In this document: positions 38,540 to 47,789 of the stretch, piece by piece
Numbering within the stretch: the first letter of the stretch is position 1
Layout of the letters: every line of letters starts with the position of its first letter
Source of the DNA: Mobula birostris
Lineage: Eukaryota
Assembly: GCF_030028105.1 (NCBI RefSeq)
Contig: NC_092391.1
Span: forward strand, 44,799,223-44,863,222
DNA length: 64,000 nucleotides
Reading direction: 5' to 3'
Translations under genes and position numbers: made by a program
Notes under the pieces: model-generated
Told to the model about the DNA's origin: nothing
What the model saw: only the letters and a program-made list of their open reading frames with translations
Database searches by the model: none

Positions 38540-39212
38540 ACTCCCTCCCCTCGGATCTCCTTGCCCCCATCCCCTCCCTCCCCTCCGATCTCCTTGCCCC
38601 ATCCCCTCCCACCCCTCAGATCTCCTTGCCCCCATCCCCTCCCTCCCCTCCGATCTCCTTGCCCCATCCCCTCCCTCCCCTCGGATCTCCTTGCTCCCAT
38701 CTCCTCCCTCCCCTCGGATCTCCTTGCTCCCATCCCCTCCCACCCCTCCGATCTCCTTGCCCCATCCTCTCTCTCCCCTCGGATCTCCTTGCTCCCATCC
38801 CCTCCCTCCCCTCGGATCTCCTTGCCCCATCCCCTCCCACCCCTCGGATCTCCTTGCCCCATCCCCTCCCACCCCTCGGATCTCCTTGCCCCATCCCCTC
38901 CCACCCCTCGGATCTCCTTGCTCCCATCCCCTCCCTCCCCTCCGATCTCCTTGCTCCCATCCCCTCCCTCCCCTCGGATCTCCTTGCCCCATCCCCTCCC
39001 ACCCCTCGGATCTCCTTGCTCCCATCCCCTCCCTCCCCTCCGATCTCCTTGCTCCCATCCCCTCCCTCCCCTCGGATCTCCTTGCCCCATCCCCTCCCAC
39101 CCCTCGGATCTCCTTGCCCCATCCTCTCCCTCCCCTCGGATCTCCTTGCTCCCATCCCCTCCCTCCCCTCGGATCTCCTTGCCCCATCCCCTCCCTCCCC
39201 TCCGATCTCCTT
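38540..39212. repeat. C-rich minisatellite B (32-33-bp unit cccatcccctccctcccctcggatctccttgct, about 20 copies)
   Basis: GATCTCCTT recurs every 32-33 bp. Confidence 0.92.
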
Positions 39213-39327
39213 TCCTCCGCACGCTCTCCCAGAAGCCGAGACTCCCACTCCCCAGCACCCTCTCGAACACCCCCAGACGCATCATCCCAGCAGCTCCTTG
39301 CTGCCCCTCATCGGACCCACTCTTTAC

Positions 39328-39601
39328 CGCGATCCCGCCACCTCCGCAGGGTCTCGGCGTCCGTCCGGCACACGCCGCCCACCACGTCCTCGGGCAGCGG
39401 CTCCATCAGACCGGGCAGTGGCGCTTGACCGGCGGGCCGGGGCCGGACGGCCGCCTCGCAGTGAGCCCGCAGCTCGGCCGGTTCCTGCTGTTCCAGCGAA
39501 ACCACCAGCGCCCTGCGCTCGGCATCCGACAGCTGCGGCCAGAACCTCAAGACCTCCGGCTGCCCGGCCTCGGCCAGCAGCCGCTGTGCCACCTCAAACA
39601 T
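39328..39601 (-). CDS. UAP1L1: UAP1L1 coding exon 1 (274 nt): MFEVAQRLLAEAGQPEVLRFW...LRRWRDR(G)
   Basis: ATG at 39601, with AGQxxxLRFW and MEPLPE motifs and a G|gtaaag phase-1 donor. The nine exons sum to 1479 nt in one open frame. Head-to-head with SAPCD2 as in mammals. Confidence 0.93.
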
Positions 39602-39673
39602 CACAGCTCCGGGGAGAGAGTCGCGGCAAGACAGAACAGCCCGCTGTCAGCCGACCCGCTGGCCTTGGCGGGC

Positions 39674-39800
39674 AGGGGGCGGGGCTGGAGGACAGGGGGC
39701 GGGGCTGGAGGACAGGGGGCGGGGCTTGAGGGCATGGGCGGGGCTTGAGGACATGGGCGGGGCTTGAGGACAGGGGCGGGGCCTGAAGTGGGCGGGGCGA
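39674..39800. promoter_or_regulatory. UAP1L1 promoter: tandem array of seven GC boxes (GGGCGGGGC)
   Basis: Boxes at about 39677, 39697, 39717, 39736, 39755, 39774 and 39790, 75-200 bp upstream of the ATG. Confidence 0.8.
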
Positions 39801-40026
39801 GAGACACAAAACGATTCGAATAAATCTGGAGTGGGGGAATATCTTGGGGGATGGATTGATCGGGAAGGTTGTAGGATTCAAGGAATATGGTGATGGTGTT
39901 CAGGTTTGTGGTCTGCTGGGATGGTGGAACAGGCCCAAGGTACTGAATGTCCTGTCTTGTTCTTTTTTTCTCATATCCTGATGAAATAGCTTAAACTCCT
40001 TAAATCTAATTTACATTTATATAAAC

Positions 40027-40219
40027 GGGGTGTATGGGGTGTCAGGGAGGGGTAGCACCTCTGGTGGGGAACATGTCGCATCCTTTTCAAGGCGGCTTGT
40101 CCACTTTTGGTCCCCACCTGGCACTCAGCTCTCACCTGTGGCTCCCCATAGCTGTTTGCATGCGACAGCGGCCAGACCCCGGGCAACGGCTTTGACAAGC
40201 CGGCTAAACCAGGTGAGGG
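40027..40219 (+). ncRNA. Putative HDV-like self-cleaving ribozyme at the element 5' end
   Basis: Hand-folded: P1 40027-33/40174-80, P2 40131-38/40210-17, P3 GGC/GCC, P1.1 CC/GG, GGGCAAC junction, P4 CGGCTT/AAGCCG, J4/2 GGCTAA with C40204. Confidence 0.72.
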
Positions 40220-40534
40220 TGGCCGACGGGTCTCAAACCCTCGATGAGATAGGGAGTTGACTATCCCAGCATGTGACGACAGACTCCGGCGGATTGAGCG
40301 GACGAGGCCAATGGAAGGTCCAACGGTCAAGAAGGCGGTCTCTGCAAGCGTCGTGGAACGTGTAGAGCAGGACAAAACACAGTAGACGTCCCAGTCATCC
40401 ACTGCGCCTAGTCCCATCTCCAGCCGTCTCGACTCTGTCTTGCCACTGGATCCAGATGGGAATTGGGAAGAGAGAGTGAGGCTGACGCTGCGCAACTCTC
40501 CCTCACTTAAATCCTAATCACGACGGACGAACAC
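40027..40534 (+). mobile_element. Full-length 508-bp non-autonomous retroposon with perfect 14-bp TSD
   Basis: ACATTTATATAAAC at 40013-40026 and 40535-40548. CpG-rich, with no recognisable coding capacity or pol III boxes. Confidence 0.85.
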
Positions 40535-41486
40535 ACATTTATATAAACCCTTTCATTACTTCGTGAATCACAAAATGCATTCCTTTGTGTGTGAACTCCC
40601 ACAGAGATGGAACTGGACATGTTGGCATGGATTTATTAGAGAACTCTCCGCTCTCCTTCAAAGCCGTGCCAGGACGGTAGCAGCCCAGGTGAAGGGTCTT
40701 GGCCTCTCCGAATAGATTTTGATTCCCTTTACTGATGCTGCCCCAACCCCACTGGCTACTCCAGCGGCTTGGTTTTGTTTTGCTCCGGGGACCGCCATCT
40801 GCAATGTGGGTCTCCGGGGATTCCTTCCATTCCCGATAGGACAGACTGGACTCTGCTTTCAGCTTCCTCCTGAGGGTCTGATCTGTATTTGAAGCCCTTC
40901 TCGGTTCAGTCCAGCCTACGCCTGACCGAGGACAAGAATGCTAAGCCTCTGCTGGACCAATAATAACCAACCTGTGATGTCAATAACCAACGTCGGTAAG
41001 CACCCGCCACGAATCACAGAGCAGACAGTTAAGGCTGGAATTGAGTCGGTGACCGAACCCGGTGCTTTCTTCAGCCGGATAGGATTGAGGGTGGAGGAAA
41101 GGTGCAGGATATCCGTGCCGTACTCATTCCCCGAGAGTCAGTTGAGGCTGCTGGCGGGCGGCCTGGCGGAACGAGGTCAGCCCCAGATCGCCCACTCCCA
41201 GGCGCCGCAGCTCGCTGCTCTGAAAGCACAGCTTGTCTGGAAGGAAAACTGGGGGCGCCTGTTCTGCAAAAGCAAAGGCAGGCTCGTTCCAGCACATCCC
41301 CGCATTACCGATCCAGGATCTGAAATTGGAAAGAACCCATCTTTGTAATTTCCCCCGACAACACTTGCTTTTGTCGTGTAAGCACTTGCGGAATGTTTTG
41401 TATAGATTCCTTAAAAACAGGTTATTTGATGCCAACCTTGCGTAACGCCAATGTATCCTAGTTTGGACTAGCTGGGGGGAAAACTG

Positions 41487-41645
41487 CAAACAGGAGAAAA
41501 TCTACAGGTGCTGGAAATCCGAGCAACACACACAAAATGCTGGGGGAACTCAGCGGGCTAGGCAGCATCCACGGAAAAGAGTTCAGTCGATGTTTCGGGC
41601 TGAGACCCTTCGGCAGGAAAGAAACTGCAGATGCTGGAAATCTGA
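41487..41645 (-). mobile_element. Penelope-like pLTR fragment with hammerhead-like motif
   Basis: Reverse complement cctgccgaagggtctcagcccgaaacatcgactg...gatgctgcctag...ccagcattttgtgtg. Confidence 0.75.
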
Positions 41646-42400
41646 AGTAAAAAAAGAAACTTCTGAAAAGAACTTAAGTTTTTTTGTCATTTAACTTGAC
41701 CTCAGCAGGTCAAGCAACATCTGTACAGAGAAGAAAAAACAGGCAAACAGAAAAGCAGAAGGGTCACGGGCTCAGACCTAGACTGTTACTCTCTCCACAG
41801 GTGCTGCCTGACTGACCTGCTAAGATTTTCCAGCATTTTCTGCTTTTCCTGCTCGCTGTTAGGCTGGGTGAGGGGTTTGATTCTGGTTATATCAATATCA
41901 GAAAGCTTGACAAATAAACTCCTCTCGGGCTTTCAGCCAGGTACAGGTATCAATTATAACTGACGTTCCGATGACAAACTCTGCCACCTTCATCAAGTTC
42001 ATTCATGGTATTCGCTGGGAAAGCACTAGATCGTTTTTCGTCAGAAAGCTTCCTAACAGCCTGCTTGATTTGGTGTTTTTGTATGGACAAGATTGTTTCA
42101 AATATCAGCAAACCAAAGAGACTCTGGCTCTGAAGAGATTTCACAAAGGGGGCCCATGCTCCTGGCTACGTCAATGGCCTTGGGGTTCAGAGCTTCACGT
42201 TCCTAGGAGTGATCATCACCAATAGTCGGTCCTGGTCCAACCATGTAGATGCCAAGACCAAGAAAGCTCACCAGTGCCTCTGCTTCCTCAGGAGGCTAAA
42301 GAAATTTGGCAAGTCTTCGTCAACCCTGAACAATTTTCATTGTTGCACCATAGAAATCTGGATGCATCTTTGCTTCAAGTCCAAGTTTATTGTCATCTGA

Positions 42401-43768
42401 CTGTGGAAGACGTCCTGCTTCAGCCCTGTGCCGAAGACGCCGCACCCCAGTGGCCTCAATGACTACAGACCGGTGGCATTGACCTCCCACATCATGAAGA
42501 CCCTGGAGAGACTTGTTCTGGAGCTGCTCTGGCCTATGGTCAGACCACACTTAGATCCCCTCCAGTTCGCCTACCAGCCCCAACTAGGAGTTGAGGATGC
42601 CATCGTCTACCTGCTGAACCATGTCTATTCCCACCTGGACAAGCCAGCGAGCACTGTGAGGGTCATGTTTTTTGACTTCTCCAGTGCGTTCAACACCATC
42701 TGCCCTGCTCTGCTGGGGGAGAAGCTGACAGCGATGCAGGTGGATGCTTCCCTGGTGTCATGGATTCTTGATTACCTGACTGACAGACCACAGTACGTGT
42801 GCTTGCAACACTGTGTGTCCGACAGAGTGATCAGCAGCACCGGGGCTCCACAGAGGACTGTCTTGTCTCCCTTTCTCTTCATCATTTACACCTTGGACTT
42901 CAACTACTGCACAGAGTCTTGTCATCTTCAGAAGTTTTCGGATGACTCTGCCATAGTTGGATGCATCAGCAAGGGAGATGAGGTTGAGTATAGGGCTACG
43001 GTAGGAAACTTTGTCACATGGTGTGAGCAGAATTATCTGCTGCTTAATGTGAAAAAGACCAAGGAGCTGATGGTAGACCTGAGGAGAGCTAAGGTACTGG
43101 TGACCCCTGTTTCCATCCAGGGGGTCAGTGTGGACATGGTGGAGGATTATGAATTGACAATAAACTGGACTGGTCAAAGAACACTGAGGCTGTCTACAAG
43201 AAGGATCAGAGCCGTCTCTATTTCCTGAGGAGACTGAGGTCCTTTAACATCTGCTGGACGATGCTGAGGATGTTCTACGAGTCTGTGGTGGCCAGTGCTA
43301 TCATGTTTGCTGTTGTATGCTGGGTAGCAGACACCAACAGAATCAACAAACTCATTCGTAAGGCCAGTGATGTTGTGGGGATGGAACTGGACTCTTTGAC
43401 GGTGGTGTCTGAAAAGAGGATGCTGTCTAAGTTGCATGCCATCTTGGTCAATGTCTCCCATCCACTACATAATGTACTGGGTGGGCACAGGAGTACATTC
43501 AGCCAGAGACTCATTCCACCGAGATGCAACACAGAGCATCATAGGAAGTCATTCCTGCCTGTGGCTATCAAACTTTACAACTCCTCCCTTGGAGGGTCAG
43601 ACACCCTGAGCCGATAGGCTGGTCCTGGACTTATTTCATAATTTACTGGCATAATTTACATATTACTATTTAACTATTTATGGTTCTATTACTATTTATT
43701 ACTTATGGTGCAACTGTAATGAAAACCAATTTCCCCCAGGATCAATAAAGTATGACTATGACTATGAC
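42401..43768 (+). mobile_element. 5'-truncated Rex1/Babar-type non-LTR retrotransposon
   Basis: ORF with NDYRPVALTS, FDFSSAFNTI, GAPQ..VLSP and KFSDDSA. 3' end gatcaataaag(tatgac)3. Confidence 0.92.
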
Positions 43769-44439
43769 ATATATGTAACCAGATGAAACAATGTTCCTCC
43801 CGCACAACATACAAACCAAAACATTCATGTAGTAGTCCACAGTACAGGTAAACAGTAAACAGCTCGCCGTCCTAGTAACGAGCCCTCAGTGGTGACAGGG
43901 TACTCATTAGTCTCACAGCCTGAGGGAAAAAGCTGTTATCCAGTTTAGCAGTACTAGTCCTAATGCTTCGGTACCTCCTTCCTGATGGTAATGGGTTTCC
44001 AGAAATTGTGAGGCAGTATTCTGTCTGCAACACTGCTGGTAAGTGTCACAAATGGGGAGGGGAGGGAAATCCCGGTGATCCTCTCGGCTGCGGGGTCTTG
44101 CAGCTTCCGAGCCTGATGGTGCTGCGGCCAGTCAGCACACTCTCAATGGCGTGACAACGGCTCTGCCAGTGACTGCAGAGAGTTGTGGACACAGCTCAGC
44201 TCATCATGGAAACCAGACTCCCTTCAATGAACTCGGTCTACGCATCTTGCTGCCTTAGTAATGCAGCCAGTATAATCAAAGATACTCCCCACCTACCCCA
44301 GAACATTCTCTATTCTAACTTCCACCCACCCCCCCCATCAAGCAGAAGATACAAAAGCCTGAAGTCATATCTGAAGCAGTTTCTATCCCGCTGTTATTAG
44401 ACAGTTGAACTGTCACCTAGTACAATAAAATGGACTCTT

Positions 44440-44682
44440 GGGTGCGTGGCCAAGTGGTTAAGGCATTTGTCTAGTGATCTGAAGGTCGCTAGTTCGAGCC
44501 TCAGCTGTGGCAACGTGTTTGTGTCCTTGAGCAAGGCACTTAATCACACATTGCTCTAGTGTCTGTGTGAGGAGTGGCACCCACACAGACTTCCAATCTG
44601 CGCCTTGTAAGGCATGAAAATGCTCGATGCAGGCCTCTCATGGTCTGAATCGACGTTCCCCTTCCCGCTCTCCCGCCCCTCC
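44440..44682 (+). mobile_element. tRNA-headed CORE-type SINE with 7-bp TSD
   Basis: tggccaagtgg (A box), agttcgagcc (B box) and a CORE-like block. GACTCTT at 44433-44439 and 44683-44689. Confidence 0.82.
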
Positions 44683-46015
44683 GACTCTTAGTCTACTTCG
44701 TTCTGGTCTTGTCACCTTCACTGCACTCCCTCTGTGACTGTCAAACTTCATTTTGCATTCTGTTATTGCTTTCCCTCCAAATACTGATGGAATAGAAGTG
44801 ACGCTGCAGACTGTGGCATCGAACCAGCGAGCTGTTTGCTGATCTTGCCCCTTGCTGTGAAAGGGGCAACTCTTGTTAGTGTCAAAGTGCTGGGTTATAG
44901 ACTGCAGTTTTCAATGGACGCAGATCGTAGTCTCTTTGGGGGCTTTGCTATTGCTTGCTTGGTGGGTGGTGGGAGGGGCTGATGCTTCCTGCTGGAGCAA
45001 GTGGGTGGGGGGGGGAGGGAGAGGGTTGATGCTTTGCCACTGCTTGTGTATGGGAGGGGGAGGAGGGGCTTTGGGATCCTGTCATTCATTCTTTGGGGTT
45101 TTTGTTCTGTTTTGTGGATGTCTGCAAAGAGTAAGAATTTCAGGTTGTGTACTGGATACATTCTCTGGTATTAAATGGCTCTATTGAACCATTGATACAA
45201 TGATCTGTATGGCTGGTATACAAAATAGAAGTTTTTCACTGTAACTTGGTACATTAACAGTCATAAATTAATTTCTCAATTTTATATTTCACTGCCAGCC
45301 AGTGAGGTCTTTGTGTTTATTGGTGAATTCTGGTAACAGAGCATCCTGTCAGATGGCTTTGACAGAGATGTCTGACCTTTATTGATTTGCCACAAGCCAA
45401 AGTAATTAGAGAGTTTACACCCTAGTGGGCCCGTGCTAGGTCCAAAGGAATTACCCAACCCAGAGGTTCGGGGGTCCCAGAACAGGATGTCCAACTTTGA
45501 CAGAGACGAAAGAGAGCTGGAGAACTCAGTGAATCACACAATGAATGAAGGGAAATGGACAGTTGATGTTTTGTGTTGAGATCCCTTCATCACGGCGGGG
45601 GTGGGGGGGAGGATAGCCAGTATAAAAAGGTGGGGGGAAAACCAGAAAAAAATGTGATGTAGGGTTGTGCACTTGGCCAGCTGAGGAGTCACAGCCTCTG
45701 AATAAGAGATGGTCATTTAGTGCTGAGTTGATGAGTAATTTCTTCACCTGGACAGCAGTGCATCTTTGAAATTCTTTGTCCAGAATACTGTGGAGGCTCG
45801 GGCTACGTTCAACACTGACACGGAGAGCATGTGGATATTAGAAAACAAAACGAGGGAGTGGACAGGAAAATGATACTGTGGTGGCACATCAAAGTTCAAA
45901 GTAAATTTATTATCAAAGTACATATATGTCACCACATACTACCCTGAGTTTCATTTGCCTGTGGACATTCAGAATAAATACAAGAACACAACAAATATCA
46001 ATCAATTTTGGAAAT

Positions 46016-46438
46016 ACATGGGTCTTTATTCTTTGGAGTGTAGAAGGTTGAGGGGGGACTGGATAGAGGTATTTAAAATTATGAGGGGGATAGATAGAGT
46101 TGACATGGATAGGCTTTTTCCATTGAGAGTGGGGGAGATTCAAACAAGAGGACACAAGTTGAGAGTTAAAGGGCAAAAGTTTAGCGGTAACTTGAGGGGG
46201 AACTTCTTTACTCAGAGAGTGGTAGCTGTGTGGAACGAGCTTCCAGTAGAAGTGGTTGAGGCAGGTTCGATGTTGTCATTTAAAGTTAAATTGGACAGCT
46301 ATATGGACAGGAAAGGAATGGAGGGTTATGGGCTGAGTGCAGGTCGGTGGGACTAGCTGAGAGTAAGAGTTCGGCACGGACTAGAAGGGCCGAGATGGCC
46401 TGTTTCCGTGCAGTAATTGTTATATAGTTATATGGTTA
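46016..46438 (+). mobile_element. Young CR1 LINE 3' end
   Basis: GLYSLECRRLRGDWIEVFKIM...FFTQRVVAVWNELP, with a gttatat-repeat tail. Confidence 0.9.
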
Positions 46439-46779
46439 AAAAAAAGAAAAAATACTTTTTATTTATATAGTCATTTATTTATTGAGAACATGAGTTGTAG
46501 AGGCCTTGGAAGTGAGTCCATGGGTTGTGGAATCAGTTCAGTGCTGTGTTGAGTAAAGTTATCCCCTCTGGTCCAAGATCTTGATCATCATCATGGCTCT
46601 GTCCGTCTAAGTAGACAATGGATGCGCCCGTTCCGGGGCGCAGACCTGGGCGATAAATCTGGAGATCATGGGCTGCCCAGACATCAAAATCCCCCTCTTG
46701 GCCTCGCAGATGTGGTCCAAAGGAATGCGAAGAGCTTGATAGTTGAGGGGTAATAACTGTGTGGTGTGTGTGAGATCAG

Positions 46780-47203
46780 TTATGATCTTGATTGGATTGG
46801 TCGAATGACTGGCTCTGGCTCCTGCTCCTGCTTCCATATTGTTGTGATATCTCCCTATTCTCATTCTCTGTCCTGTCTCTTTCTCCATCCTCCCAGTGAA
46901 GGGATTCGAACTCGGCCACTCAGGTTGCAGGATTTCCCCCGCAGCCAATCAGAGGGGAAGTGCACAAGGCGGGAAAAGTTTTTTGTGACAAAGTGGAATC
47001 TCACCGGAAATTGTAGGTAACAATTGGACCAGAGCAGCAGCAGGCTAACCGGGACCGGCGGAGGCGGATCCGGACTCGGATAACAGCTGGAGACCGGTCG
47101 GACAGAGACTGACCCGGGCCAGAGTTGAGACAGGGACATCGGGTGGAGACAGATCGGGGAAGGGGCGGGGATTTTCCCGGGACGGGGAGCCGGCAGCAGA
47201 CTC
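46780..47203 (+). promoter_or_regulatory. SAPCD2 CpG-island promoter and 5' region with CCAAT boxes and an E2F-like site
   Basis: ATTGG twice at 46791-46800, CCAAT at 46945-46949, GCGGGAAA at 46969-46976, GC box near 47162. Confidence 0.65.
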
Positions 47204-47504
47204 ATGGATCTGCCCCTCTCGGGTGCCGAGCCACAGGAGTTTCCCCGCGGATTCCTGCACAGTCTGCGGACACTCTTTGACATCATGGACGACGAGCGGC
47301 GGGGATCGGTGCACGTCCTGGAGATCGAGTCCCGCTGGCGGCGGGGCGGGGCCGGCCAGGCTCTGCCCCCGGGTGTGCTCCAGTGCCTGCGGAGGGCGGC
47401 GCCGGCCTCCGGCTACCTGACCTTCGAGAGGTTGGTGGCCGGCCTCCGCTCGGCGCTGCTCAGTCCCGGGCCCGGCGGCGGACACGAGTCCGGCCACAGC
47501 AGCG
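47204..47504 (+). CDS. SAPCD2: Suppressor APC domain-containing protein 2, coding exon 1
   Basis: PRGFLHSLRTLFDIMDDERRGSVHVLEIESRW...PASGYLTFERLVAGLR is the Suppressor_APC domain. G|gtgaga phase-1 donor. Confidence 0.93.
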
Positions 47505-47789
47505 GTGAGAAGGGGGTGCAGCGGGGAGGGCGGGCGGCGAGGCAGGGTGTATGGGGCACCTCTCCCCACCCCACCTAGGGGTGGGGCGATTGTCAGCATC
47601 TGTGCGGGGGCATCCTCCAGCCGCACGGCGTCCCATTCAGAGCAACCTCTGGCAATGCCCACGGAGCCTATAACGTATGTGGCATTCCCAATTCCTAGTG
47701 TGACATGGGGGGGGGGGGTCACCCCATTATCGCACAACATCTGCATGAGTTCCTCTGGCAGTGTGCAAGGACTTGCCTCTTTGTGCATG

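Noticed and set aside
36559-39748. Three overlapping 743-1056-aa Pro-rich ORFs and many Gly-rich antisense ORFs
   Set aside because: All frames are open because the C-rich minisatellite lacks stop codons. The region is UAP1L1 intron 1 and exon 1 read antisense.
44440-44515. tRNA-like sequence with A and B boxes (also near 25740-25813 and 9530-9597)
   Set aside because: These continue into SINE bodies, one has a TSD, and none has a full acceptor stem. They are SINE heads, not tRNA genes.
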